Source: Negaprion brevirostris (lineage: Eukaryota). From it: a DNA stretch of 64,000 nucleotides. A program made the position numbers and the translations under genes. The stretch's first letter is position 1, and each line of letters opens with the position of its first letter. A model generated the notes under the pieces. The model had not been told where the DNA came from, made no database searches, and saw nothing but the letters and a program-made list of their open reading frames with translations. Location of the stretch: contig JARDVH010000025.1 of assembly GCA_030324005.1 (NCBI GenBank), positions 54,132,702-54,196,701 of the forward strand. Reading direction: 5' to 3'. This document shows positions 23,610 through 36,365 of the stretch, piece by piece.

Positions 23610-24492
23610 GGGCATGATCTTACCAGCTTGCTTCGCCGGTCGATCAACATGGTCAGCTGGGAAGATAATGTGTGAGGCCAAAAATCCAATTCATGCCTTG
23701 TTTGCTTGTAGTTAGCAAGTCTGGCACCTCTGCTCCCTCGCTCACTGGTGAGATGTCACACCACCGAGAATCACAACTGCAGAGACCAGGCATGATGGCC
23801 ATGTGGAGGGATTGGAGGCTATTGAAAACCCCAGGTGGTCAGGGGCATGGCTGGACAGTGCCCAATGGACAGAGCCAATCTGGGAGTGCCCACCTGGCAC
23901 CCTGGCAGCACCTGGTTGGGCAGCATATGTGTGCCAGGGCAGTCAAGGGCCTAAGTGGGGTAGGGCCTGTGAGGAGCTGTGATGGTGGATATGCAAAATA
24001 ATGGGAGGCATCATGCAGGGTGTCTATGCAGTGGGGTGGACGTATAGGAGTAGGCCGCTGAGGGGTTCGTGACTGGGATGGGCATATCAGAGTCCTCCAG
24101 GGGACTCATCAGGAGGGTCCTGTTGNNNNNNNNNNNNNNNNNNNNAATGACAATGCTGCTGATGATGGGGGCGGGGGGGTTGGGTAGCGTTGGAGGGGGA
24201 CAGGGAGGGGGTGCGGTCCACTGTCCCTGTTGGTAGAAGGGTGAGGTTCACTAGCAGATTGGGGTAACTGAGTGCTCTGAAGCTGGCTTTCTCAGCATAC
24301 TTATGTATCCTCATCATCTGCTCCCCACCCCCCACACCACCAGTGCAAAGCTCCCAGGTATCAAAAACTGGCAAGAGTGCCAGAAGGTTACAACATCGAG
24401 CTCACCCAAAAGAGTTGGGTGGAGGACTCCCGTTTTCACACTGTTACGACACTTAGAATTTTGTTGGCGGGTGGGTGGGGAGGTTTCTGCCC
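23610..24492. mobile_element. Non-autonomous Harbinger-type DNA transposon
   Basis: Ends GGGCATGATC.. and ..TTTCTGCCC; 3-bp TSD AAT (23607-23609 and 24493-24495); GC-rich interior. Confidence 0.6.
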
Positions 24493-25280
24493 AATATGCT
24501 TGCTGAAATGAGATATTAGAAATCTTTCTAATCTGTATGCAAAGACATCATAATTCCTAGTGAAATTGTTTCAATTTAATTGAAAGTAATTATTAAAGGA
24601 CATTTTTCAAATGTTAGTCATAGTTCAGCAATAGTCATGCTAATTACAACTTCACATAAAAAAAATTAAATTTGATTACAATTATTATTTCATAAACTAG
24701 CTATATGTTAAATTGCAGCCGTAGTCATTCAATACTGTATTATTTGAATTGAAAAGCATTAATTGTTAAGCTGAAGTTATCTCCATGGTGCAATGACATG
24801 GCCAACGTTGAACTTTGTCTTATTTTAAAGCTAGATTGGTGACACACTGTTAATGAAATCTGCCAAAAGTCAATGAATGAAATAATGGGGAGACAAGAGG
24901 GACATTTTCAACAAGAATGAGAATAGACAGGAACCAAAAAATGGCAACTAAAGATGGTTTAACGTGACAACAATATGGAAATAAAATTGCCATAAAATGC
25001 TAACTTTTTCTTTGACTTTTTAGAAGCAAATTTTACAGGACTTTATTAGATCAAACAGATAACGTAAAATGTTACTGTTTTTGTTTCTTGACCCATTGGT
25101 TCAATATTACAAAAAGTAAAAACTACTGAAGTGCTGAGATTTGGTCAAGATGGAAGGTAACCAGAAGTTAACCTGCTTCTTCAACAGGAAATGAGAGAAA
25201 GTCTCAGCAAAGCAGCCTTCAGCTGGAAGACTGAGATCAGGGAAACTTGAGGGGACGGCGTGGTTAAGAAATTAACTAGA

Positions 25281-25296
25281 CTGCCACCTAGTGCAG
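25281..25296 (-). promoter_or_regulatory. Candidate CTCF motif
   Basis: Minus strand GCACTAGGTGGCAG versus consensus CCASYAGRKGGCRS, one mismatch. Confidence 0.35.
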
Positions 25297-26249
25297 CTAA
25301 CATGGACTTAACTGCAGCATTAAAATAAATTAATGGAGATATTATTTTATTAAATGGAATAGCACAGTCATAGAATGGTTGCAGCTCAGAAGGAGTCCAT
25401 TCATCCTCTTGTGTCCATGCTGGACTTCTACAAGGACAATTTACCTTGTGTCACTCCTGCACATTTTCCCTGTAGCTCTGCATATTGGAGCATGGTCACG
25501 TCTTACTGTCTGATGTCATCCATTTTTTTCCTCTACTGTTTCTCTGTCTGTCTCATTTCCCACCTGCCTCTGCTTCTTGAATCTCAATGGCTTTTAATTC
25601 TCTACTCTTCTACTGCTCCACTTCTTCCTTTTTTCATTAGAGGGTGGAATTGCAAAGTGTGGTTCTGGTTGCATTTGGTGTGGACATTGTAAAGAAAATG
25701 TGGCCTTTAGTGGCTCTCCTCCCAGTGCCCACTTCCCTCATCTCAGTCTTCTCTACTCCCTCACATATTGCTTCCTCAACCTCTCCCCAAACAAAGAAAT
25801 AGCAATTATCTTTGGTAACAACAATATGAGCAAAATACATGTGAACAATCAGTTGACTTCAAATGTTCAACTTATTTTTGAAAATTGAATCAAAATTAAC
25901 TAAGTTTCTTATTCATCCCTTTACCTTCGCACTTTTCCTCCTTGTTAACTGAACATACTAAAATTGTAAGAAAATAAATAACTGATGTGTAATCACCAAA
26001 CATTTTTCCCTTATTCTCACCCACTAAATCCTCTTTTCTTGATTTAAACTACAAATTTTGTTTCAAAGCTTTTGAAAGTTTGATTTACCCTAATATTGTT
26101 TGAAGAAAACCTGCTGGGGATGTGCTAGAAATGAAAGATTCCATAAATATAGCTGTCTGAAAGGTACTGATTCATCTTTTTCCCCCCAGAACCTCAGTCA
26201 ACACATTCCAAAATGAGCACACAGTCACAAGTTTGAGCAAAACATCCTG

Positions 26250-26392
26250 CCTATCTGTGTGGAGTTTGCACATTCTCCACATGTCTGCGTGAGTTTTCTC
26301 CAAGTGCTCCGGTTTCCTTTCAAAGTGCAAAGGTATACGGGTTAGGTGGATTGGCCATGCTAAATTGCCCCTTAGTGTCAGGGGGTTAGCAG
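26250..26392 (+). mobile_element. HE1-like V-SINE internal fragment
   Basis: V-domain tgtgtggagtttgcacattctcc...ggccatgctaaattgcccc. Confidence 0.85.
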
Positions 26393-26469
26393 AATAAAAG
26401 CCTCAGACCAAAGGTAAATTATTGTCAGCACAAGTGACCATTTACCAAAAAAAGAACTGGATTACCATT

Positions 26470-27010
26470 TAATTGCAATGGCAACAGGAACACATCTGAG
26501 GCTGGGAATTCTTCAGCAGAAACCATTTCCTGACTCCCTAAAGCCTGTCCACCATCTACAAGGTACAAATCAGGAGCATGATGGACTGGATATGTGTGGC
26601 TCCAGCAACAATCAAGAAGCTCAATACCTTTCCTCTCTTTACCAACAACATACAGCGGCAGTTGTGAGGGCTAGATACAAAACAAATTGCATGAACTCAC
26701 CAAGCCTCCTTCGACAGCACCTTTCAAATCTCCAACTTCTACCCACCTGGAAGGACAACTGCAGCAGATGAATGGGAACACCCCCATCATTTACAAGTTC
26801 TGTGCCAAGCCACATATCATTCTGACTTGAAACTATATAGTTGTTCCTTCACTGATGCTCAATCAAAAATCCTGGAACTCCTTTCCTAACAACCAGGTGG
26901 ATTGCAGCTGTTCAAAAATGTGATTCCCCAACACCTTATCAAAGCGTAATAAGAGATGGGCAACACATATTGATCTTGCCAGCAATACTCATCTTCATGA
27001 AAGACTTAAT
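26470..27010 (+). mobile_element. LINE family B 3' portion, decayed
   Basis: Collinear with 5205-5740, including the gagatgggcaa.. tail. Confidence 0.75.
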
Positions 27011-27720
27011 AAATGCCATTGACCTGAAAGGGCTATGCTTTTAGCAAATTGTTGATAAAAACAGTAATAATAGTTTTGTCTTATAAGTGCCTGTTCTTGA
27101 ATTTCTCAGTGGGTATGGTGATTAAAATTTGAAAGAGTAGCACCCTTTGCTAGAAATAGTGGTTGTCATGTTTTTATGATGATATTAAAGCACCAATCAA
27201 TTAAAAGGGATTGTGTAAACACAAGAACTTGTATGCATGGATAGAAAGTATGAAGACATCACTAATATGAAGACATTAGAGTTATGTACGCTGTGTTCCA
27301 TTCATAGGGCAAAGTGAAACTGAGACTGGATCACATGAAACATTTCCCTTCCAGTGATATCATACTGCTATCCCTTAAAGGCATATGACAACATTCTTCT
27401 TCCTTCTTAAAGATACATTCTACTTGTCGAAAGAAGTAGAACTATTTACAATATATGTTCATGTTCTATGTGTGCTGGATATGAGGTAGACCATTTAGGA
27501 CTGAGTATTCCACTTGTAATGTATAAGGATGTGGAAATGATACTAATGTTTTTCTCTTTTAATTCACAGGTTTTAAGTCGGTCTGCCTTGTTGTCCAACG
27601 AGGGGCATACACGCGATGGGNNNNNNNNNNNNNNNNNNNNNNNNNNNNNNNNNNNNNNNNNNNNNNNNNNNNNNNNNNNNNNNNNNNNNNNNNNNNNNNN
27701 NNNNNNNNNNNNNNNNNNNN

Positions 27721-27875
27721 ACCTTCCATGAGGGACCTTGTCAAAGGCCTTGCTGAAATCCAAATAGAAAACATCCACCGCCTTCCCTTCATCCACTTTC
27801 CTGGTAACCTCCTAGAAAAACTCTAACGGATTGGTCAAACATGACCTACCATGCAGAAAGCTATGTAAACTTTCC
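27721..27875 (-). mobile_element. CR1 RT fragment
   Basis: MDEGKAVDVFYLDFSKAFDKVPHGR. Confidence 0.9.
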
Positions 27876-28249
27876 CTGTATCAATGAATGTGCAGTGGAG
27901 AGTTAAAGAAATGAAGGGTGCCTTCTGTTTGAAGTACTCTCTTCATTGGTATATGTAAGGAATTATTCTTATATACTTCTCTTTCTTGTAGAAGTGTCCC
28001 CATTTCTATTGGGAACTGTTCCAGTAACATATTGTGTATGTGTTTTGTTTATATGGGAGTTGGAGCTGTAGACTGGGTCATTGGGCTAATAAGATACATA
28101 GCTGCCCCCTATATATTGTTAGCTAGTGGTACTTGAGGCAATTGTGGATGTCATTGAGCTTCTTCTGTTATTATTGGAGTATCTTCAAAACAGCAGGTAT
28201 GGAATGACAGATCCCTGTGGAAGAAAACAAGTGACAGCATGTGTTGAAT

Positions 28250-28560
28250 TACAAGAACTGAGTAGGCCCTACTGCCTCTGGAGCCTGCTCACTGATTTAA
28301 TAAGATTGTGGTTGATGCTTGACCTCAGCTCAACTTTTTTGCCTAATCTTCATATTTTTTGATTTCCTGAAAATTTATCATCCTTGAATAATTCAGTGAC
28401 TGAGCATCCACAGCCCTCTGGGATAGCAAATTCCAAAGATCCAGGATGCTCTGAAGAAATTGCTTCTCATCTCAGTCCAAAATGGCCAAATCCTTACCCT
28501 GAGACTCTACCTTTGAGTTCTAGACTCTCCAGAAAGGGGAAACAGCCCCTCAAAATTTTG
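28250..28560 (-). mobile_element. CR1 3' end, decayed
   Basis: Similar to 59465-60120. Confidence 0.65.
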
Positions 28561-29194
28561 TATGCTTCAAGTTGTTTGTCTACGGCAAGTACTTTACTAG
28601 TTCTCTTTTTACTAATAAATTCTCTTGTGGTATGATTGGTTCATTTGGGTTTTTAACTAGTGCTTATTGTTTCTCATTTCTGTTGCTGGTGTAGTTAATG
28701 GGAAAAAGTGCATCAGTTTTGGTCTGAAGAAAATATTTTCTGTCAGCTGGAGAAGCAAGTTTCAGTACAATATGTAAACTGGCTACATTTCTCAGCTGAA
28801 TGTCTGAAGAGCCTCATTTTACTTAACAGCTTTCTTCAAATTGAGATTACAGGAAACTGAAAAGTTATTGAAATTGAATTTAATGTCTCACTAACATGAT
28901 ACCAATGTTTGAAAATAAAGAATGAAAAAAAAATTAACTGTGGTGCTCTTACAGAAAGTAGTAGGTTTAGGGAACAGGAAAATGTCAATTCAGAGTGAAA
29001 ACAAGTACATTGGTTTTTGAACCATGCAATGGAACTGAGATTTGACTTTGAAACACAATATTCCAATCAGCGTGAAGATATAGGTTAAACTACATTGCTC
29101 ATTATGTAGTAACTACATTGAATTTATTAAAGAAACATTTCAGATCTGATGGGAATGTTAAGTTCAAATCCTAGTTTAAACGACACTAAAAAAG

Positions 29195-29410
29195 GGTAAT
29201 GTCGCCATAGTTCCAGATGTCCATAGGCTGCCCCATGAAGGGAAGAGCTGACTAGTGGTAATTTAACCTGAGGATCACCATACTTCAAGCGAGAGGCAAG
29301 AGTGATAAGATTGGTCTTTGAGAATAACCACAGCCATTACTGGAATTGAACCCATGCCATTGGCCTCGCTCTGCAACAAGAAGAAGCCAGCCAGCCAGCT
29401 GAGTTAAACC
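29195..29410 (-). mobile_element. tRNA-derived SINE family C
   Basis: Head GGTTTAACTCAGCTGG...GGGTTCAATTCC; body cctcaggttaaattaccactagtc; second copy at 48255-48450. Confidence 0.75.
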
Positions 29411-29972
29411 AACCTCGGACACCACAGTTCCTGTAATTGGAGTGAATTTTCAATTGGTACATTGGACAGAACACAATTCTCAATTTTAGCATGACGACTG
29501 CATATGTTGTATCATACTACACCTGTAGAAGCATGCCTTTTATAGTTGATAATGACCATAAATAAGCCTTCATTCAGACTATTTATTTTCCCTGGTTAAA
29601 GGAAGAAAGAATACATATGGATTTTTAGTGGGTGTTTAACAACAGGACTTAGCTATGTACAAACTCAAACTGGTGTGAGACATACAAGCCTGGACTGCAC
29701 CATGTATGTTGGTGAAATAGCACTTACAGTAAACTCTTCAAATACTTAATACTGAATATGGAGGTCTAACAGCCAGGGGATTTACAGTTATCAAATCCTG
29801 TGCCAACACCAGATTGCTTAGTTAAAAAAAACTTTGTGATGCTATTTCCTTCAATATCCCTAGAAATTTAAATAATCCAGCTGGTATTTTAAAGGCTTTG
29901 TACAGGAACCTACACAATTTTGCACATTTATACAAATAAGCTTACTTTTATGGTATAATTTTTTAATGACCT

Positions 29973-30190
29973 AGGTTTTCTCCAGGTGCTGCAGTTTCCT
30001 CCCACACCCCAAAGATGTGCTATTAGGCTGATTGGAGGTAATAAATTGTCCCTAAATTAGTTTTCCTCAATATGGAATGCCATAAGCATAGATAAGGGTC
30101 ATGGGTGGAGGGGGGGCTGGTAATGTTAAAATGGCGGCGCGGGCTCATTGGGCCAAAGGGCCTGTTTCCGGGCTGTTTTTGTTCTTAGTT
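29973..30190 (+). mobile_element. HE1-like V-SINE 3' part, decayed
   Basis: ggttttctccaggtgctgcagtttcctcccacaccccaaagatgtg...gggccaaagggcctgtttc. Confidence 0.7.
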
Positions 30191-30200
30191 CTTTGTTCTC

Positions 30201-30358
30201 TGTCACACATCCTGAAATGGCTTCCCAATAAATTATGGACCACTATCCATATTAATATCTCTTGGAATTCCAAATTATGTTAAAATGGCACTTGCGACAG
30301 CAATGCTTGATGTGTTGTTGAATAATGAGATACTTGATGCAGTAGTCAATGATGAGGA
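30201..30358 (-). mobile_element. Duplicated Gypsy integrase fragment
   Basis: Direct diverged copy of 31302-31465 (DSGPxFIGKPFQD-type motif). Confidence 0.8.
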
Positions 30359-30389
30359 AAAATTTCTTCACTTAAAGAGTAATGAATCT

Positions 30390-30600
30390 GAAATTTTCTA
30401 CCACAGCAAGCTGTGGAGGCCAAGTCACTGGAAGTATTCAAGAAAGAGAAAGATTTTTTTTGATTTTAATGGCGTCAAGAGGTATGGAGAGAAAGTAAGA
30501 ATATGGCATTGAGATCAAGGATCAGCCATGATCAGATAGAATAGCAGAGGAGGCTCCAATATCCAACTTGTCTAATCCTGCTCCTGGTTCCTATGTTTCT
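30390..30600 (+). mobile_element. CR1 3' end
   Basis: ggatcagccatgatc...aatcctgctcctggttcctatgtt tail. Confidence 0.75.
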
Positions 30601-30619
30601 TTGTTTAGTTACCATTATG

Positions 30620-33600
30620 TGAGTACTCAGGCTTTAAAAATCCAAGAATCTCTAAAGCATTCAGATAATCTGCTAGTACACCCAGATATGTATTCGTAAT
30701 CTTGTCTGGAGGCTTTTTTTTGCTTATGCTGATCTGTGGGGTTATCAATCTTGGAGGTTGTTCCTGGTTGCATTTGAGATCTAGTCCTCAATGCAATAGA
30801 AGTATACAGTGGTTGAGAAACTCAAATGTATCTGATTTATCTTTGGTTATGCCTTATTGTTGCACATTTTTGTGGAACTTCTTCCTAGAATCTTTGTTCT
30901 GAACAAGTCATTATCACCTCAAGTAGTTGCTCCATACCTTCTGTGGGATCCTGAATGCAAACATGTTGTCCAAACTCTAAATTTGTCAATTCTGTCTTCG
31001 CATTTTATCATACACATTTATCACCTTTTGCAGTTCCAAATATTGCTTTCTAGTTTCTGAGAGAGTAGAATGAATAAGAGTAGGTAAATTGGTATGTAGT
31101 GGCCTGCTGAGCATGAGTTCTGCCAGTGATGGAGTAGTTGCACTTAAAAGAGTTACTATCTGATGTAACATTGCAACATGCAGATGTTGTTGGTCGGCCT
31201 ACATTTGAAAATTATGGATTTCATCATGCAAATCATTCATTCAGCTGGGCTGTTAGATCTGGCATAATGAGGGGAAGAATTAGTGTGATCTATATTCCAC
31301 TTGTCACACATATCCTGAAATCACTTCCCAATAAATTGTGGACTATTATCCATATTCATGTCCCTAGGCGTACCAGATTATCTTAAAATAGCACTTGCGA
31401 CAGCGCTGCTTGATGTATTGTCGAATAATGAAATACCTGATGCAGTAGTCAACGATGACAAGGAAGTCAGTATCATGGACATGAAGGAGCTGGGATGCGA
31501 TTTTGGGTGAAGGATGGATAGGAACTTCATACCTTCATATGGAATCAATGGCTCTTCGTGCTGACTTGACATTTGCTCTTGACTTGCCTTGCTCTTCTTG
31601 ACAATGACTTCAATGTCATTGTTCATATCTGTCCATTAGGCTGTCTGTCTCATGACTCTTCCCATCCAATCTGTGCCCTTGTGTAAGTGATGAAATTGTT
31701 AGAGAGTCTCAGGTTGCAGAGATTCAGGTATGATGACTTGCCTGCCTTTAAAAAAGACTTCCGAGGAGATGCTTGGCTCAATCAGGAAGGCCAAAATGGG
31801 CATTGAATTAGGCCATTCTTTGATGGACTTTCTACAGTTTCTTGAATAGAAACTTTTACCATTTCTTTATGTAGCTGCTATAGTTTGCAGTTTACAAAAT
31901 GTACCAGATTTATCTTACTTGAACAGAGATTTATGGCAGCACTGGAATAAATAAGGCCAGAGAAATTGATTTTCTGCACATTGATGGCATATTTCAGACT
32001 GTAGAACACTAATATTTTATTTTTTGCTGCTTCACAAAGTGCAGATTATGGTCATACTCTTGCTTTGCTCTTGCTTTGCTCTTCTCACAACAGCAGCGTA
32101 ATCAGTGCTATTGATGCAACCTGGCATGGTGCATGTTATGAGGTCCATGTGAGCTTGAAAGATCCCCTGGCTAATATAAAAAGGAAGTTGTTGAAAACAG
32201 AATTACCTGAATAAGGTAGTAAATGTAATAATTTTTTGTGACTTCTCTGTACCAATCAGTAGCCATACTCAATATTAAACTTCAAGAGGAATTTTGCACC
32301 TATGCATCTTGGATTTAACTCTGTGGGAATTTTATAAGGACAATGTTTCAAAGCTGCATTTAATCATGATGTTTTGAAGCAATCTCTCAGGGATCCGTCC
32401 TTCTTTATGATTGACATATACCAATCAGTTTGCTCTTGCACCCTTCTAATGATGCTGCCTTTCTCCATTTTGCTAGTTTAACCTTTAATTTGTCTAAGTG
32501 AATCCTGCACTTATGTCGTGGATCAATTGATCAATTTGTGTTCTCCTGCAAGTGTAATGTTGCAGCTCCCTTGTAACTACTACTTTCGAACAAACATTCA
32601 GGATATTTCAATGTTGGGTCATGGACTGCGTTGATAGGAGTCGTTCTGAGCTTGATCTGCCTTGTGAGATTTGACTAATTCCATGGATTGTCAGAAATGA
32701 GAACTCACAGCCTTCTGGTAGATCTGCAACTGGTAGGCTTTATCTTCATGATGTAAACCATCAATGACATCCCCTCCCCAGGAAATTTGATTGTGCTTGC
32801 ACTCCAGGACTATGGATCCTGTACATTAGTGAACCATTGTACATTGAAGTTGTACAGTGGTAGGATTCACCATGGCCTTTTAGGCCTTTTAGAATCTGCA
32901 GAGGTAGTTTTGTTGGCACTTGCCTCAATGTCAATCTTAGCCAATTTGAATAGTTGCCAACTTTCTTAAACAGATCATTTGGATTTTGAAAAAACCTCAG
33001 ATAGTGTGATAGTATTTATATTTTCACAGTATTGATGGTGTGAAATGTGTTCACTGTGTGTTTGCATGCTTTAGTTTGTCAACACATCATGTACATATTT
33101 CTAATAGGTATGGGATGAGCATTCTTCTAGCTTGAAAGTACCTGTTGTATATGGACAGTTTAGATCAGTGCACAACACTTTATATTAGCATTAGCCTTCG
33201 TGCTACTGCACTGCCAATGGTTCTTTCTGTCTTACAGAATTGAAAGAAAGCTGAGCATTTCCTTGGTTTATGCAAAGGCTACATCTTCCCCATGTCTTGC
33301 TAAGTTTCAGTTCTCCAGTGAGTGTTTTAATAACTGGTGTTGTACTTAGGACCTGTAAGCTTTGTCAACCTGGGAGGATTTCTTTGTACTTACTTTCATC
33401 TTTGAGCAGGTCTTCAATGCTATACAATGGGCTTGTCTAGCAGATCGTTATGGAAAAATTTTAAGAGTGTGGATGCAATCACCAAATCAACAACTCTGTC
33501 AGCTAGTTCTGCATTTGAAGAATTGCAACATGTACCCTTTTCTCTGCACTTACCGACAAAGTGGTCCATCGATTCTGTTGACTGCTGTCAAAATAAAATA

Positions 33601-33838
33601 AATCTAGTCAATGAATATGGGAGTTTAACCTGATTCTGAGCCAGTTTAATGACATCCACATCTTTTAACTCTTTTACTGTTAATCCTGATGTGTTCAGTC
33701 TGCTTAGACCTTCATTCTCAGTTGCTACACAATTTTTTATGGCTTGCTTGTCTGATTCAGACACACCTGAATTAAGAAACCATAGCTCCATGTGATTTTT
33801 AAACATTTTGAATTGGGACAGCAGGTTAGCTGTATCTC
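30620..33838 (-). mobile_element. Decayed Ty3/Gypsy internal region (gag, protease, RT, integrase)
   Basis: Gag-like SQFKMFKNHMELWF; protease-like KIDIEASAN (~32915-32945); RT-like QEQTDW..KKDGSLR..CPYKIPT..IFQAHMD; integrase DNSPQFIGK..WNI..SSPHYARSN..AE; many stops and frameshifts. Confidence 0.85.
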
Positions 33839-33839
33839 A

Positions 33840-33964
33840 GATTCTCGGCTTGGGTCACTGTCTCTCGAAGTCTGCACGTTCTCCCTTTTTGTGTGGGTTT
33901 CCTCCCACAGTTGGAAAGACCTGCTAGTTAGGTACATTGGCCTTCCTAAATTCTCCCTCAGCAT
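33840..33964 (+). mobile_element. HE1-like SINE fragment (runs into gap)
   Basis: ggcttgggtcactgtc...gtgtgggtttcctcccacag...taaattctccctcag. Confidence 0.8.
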
Positions 33965-35224
33965 NNNNNNNNNNNNNNNNNNNNNNNNNNNNNNNNNNNN
34001 NNNNNNNNNNNNNNNNNNNNNNNNNNNNNNNNNNNNNNNNNNNNNNNNNNNNNNNNNNNNNNNNNNNNNNNNNNNNNNNNNNNNNNNNNNNNNNNNNNNN
34101 NNNNNNNNNNNNNNNNNNNNNNNNNNNNNNNNNNNNNNNNNNNNNNNNNNNNNNNNNNNNNNNNNNNNNNNNNNNNNNNNNNNNNNNNNNNNNNNNNNNN
34201 NNNNNNNNNNNNNNNNNNNNNNNNNNNNNNNNNNNNNNNNNNNNNNNNNNNNNNNNNNNNNNNNNNNNNNNNNNNNNNNNNNNNNNNNNNNNNNNNNNNN
34301 NNNNNNNNNNNNNNNNNNNNNNNNNNNNNNNNNNNNNNNNNNNNNNNNNNNNNNNNNNNNNNNNNNNNNNNNNNNNNNNNNNNNNNNNNNNNNNNNNNNN
34401 NNNNNNNNNNNNNNNNNNNNNNNNNNNNNNNNNNNNNNNNNNNNNNNNNNNNNNNNNNNNNNNNNNNNNNNNNNNNNNNNNNNNNNNNNNNNNNNNNNNN
34501 NNNNNNNNNNNNNNNNNNNNNNNNNNNNNNNNNNNNNNNNNNNNNNNNNNNNNNNNNNNNNNNNNNNNNNNNNNNNNNNNNNNNNNNNNNNNNNNNNNNN
34601 NNNNNNNNNNNNNNNNNNNNNNNNNNNNNNNNNNNNNNNNNNNNNNNNNNNNNNNNNNNNNNNNNNNNNNNNNNNNNNNNNNNNNNNNNNNNNNNNNNNN
34701 NNNNNNNNNNNNNNNNNNNNNNNNNNNNNNNNNNNNNNNNNNNNNNNNNNNNNNNNNNNNNNNNNNNNNNNNNNNNNNNNNNNNNNNNNNNNNNNNNNNN
34801 NNNNNNNNNNNNNNNNNNNNNNNNNNNNNNNNNNNNNNNNNNNNNNNNNNNNNNNNNNNNNNNNNNNNNNNNNNNNNNNNNNAGAGATACAACCAGTTTG
34901 CCAACAGATATTCCACTTGGGTTCAACTGATAATTGGTGGTGGAGTTCAACAACCTGCATGTCTTTGTAATGATATTTGCATTTTCTGAATCTGGTATTG
35001 AAGTTGTGGCCATTCAGCCCATCTGCATGTGTTTGCTCGCTTCATGAGTTAAGTGTCTTTTGTCACTGTCACAGTCAGATTTTCCCTTAACCAACAGGCT
35101 ATCCAAAATTCCCTAATCACACCAAAGCACAAAAAGATCCATCGAATCAGATTTATACTAAACAAAATAAAGGCAGCATGACAATTTATTACTTAACCCA
35201 CTAAGCAACCAATAACAATGATAT

Positions 35225-35395
35225 TTTTGCATTTATATTGCACCTTTCATATAGTGAAATGCTCCATGTTGCTCCACAGGTATGTTATCAAAAAAAATTG
35301 ACACTGAACCACATAAGGAGATAATAGGGTTGGTGACTAGGAGTTTATTCACAGAAGTAGATTTTAAAGTGTGCCTCAAAGGAAGAAAGAGAAGC
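35225..35395 (-). mobile_element. L2-type LINE 3' end, decayed
   Basis: Plus strand begins ttgcatttatattgcaccttt, the reverse of an L2-like aaaggyGCtatataaatgcaa tail. Confidence 0.5.
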
Positions 35396-35444
35396 CATTG
35401 AAATCCTCCTGCAGTAAGTTAGGATGAGAAAATGGGAGTTTTGA

Positions 35445-36365
35445 TCTGTTGACTGGATATGGGCATCACTGACTAGGCCAGCATTTATTACCCATCTCTA
35501 GTTGCCCCACAGAAAATGGTGGTGAGCTGCCTTCTTGAACCTCTGCTGTCCCTGAGGTGTAGGTACATCCACTGTGCTATTAGGGAGGGAATTCTAAGAA
35601 TTTTGCCCAGTGACAATGAAGGAACGGCTAAACAAATCCAAATCAGAATGGTGAGTGAATTGAAGGGGAACCTCCAGGTGGTGGTGTTCGTAAGCACCTG
35701 CTGCTCTTATCCTTCTAGACGGTAGCACTTGTGGGTTTGGAAGGTGCTGCCTCAGGAACCTTGGTGCATTCCTGAACTACATTTCGTAAATGGTAAACCA
35801 AGTTGCCACTGTTCATCGGTGGTGGAGGGATTGTATGTTTGTGAAGGAGTAGCAATCAAGCAGGCTGCTTTGTTCTGGAAGGTATCAAGCTTCTTGCGTT
35901 GTTGGAGCTGCATTCATTCAAGCTAGTGGAGAGTATTCCAATACACTTCTGACTGGTGCCTTGGAGATGGTGGATTGGCTTTGGGAGGTCAGCAGGTGAG
36001 TAGTCACATTACATGACTGGTCCAGAGCAGTTTCTGGTCAATGATAACCCACAGGATGTTGGTAGTGGGGGATTCAGCAATGGTAATGCCATTGAATGTC
36101 AAGGGACTATGGTTAAATCCTCTCTTGTTGGAGATGCTCACTGCCTGGCACTTGTGTGATGCAAATGTTACTTGCCACTTGTCAGCCCAAGCCTGGATAT
36201 TGTTCAGGTCTTGCTGCTTTTGGGCATGAACTGCTTCAGTATTTGAAGAATCGCAAATGGTGCTAAACATTGTGCAGTCATCCACGAACATCCCCACTTC
36301 TCACCTTATGATAGGAGGATGGTCGAACCTAGAGCACTACCCTGAGAAACTCCTGCAGTGATGTG
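35445..36365 (-). mobile_element. LINE family B, RT C-terminus to 3' tail
   Basis: GMFVDDCTMFSTICDSS..QQDLNNIQAWADKWQV; reverse complement of 4480-5740. Confidence 0.9.

Noticed and set aside
30620-33838. Initially considered an endogenous non-retroviral virus gene
   Set aside because: Motifs resolve into Gypsy gag, protease, RT and integrase
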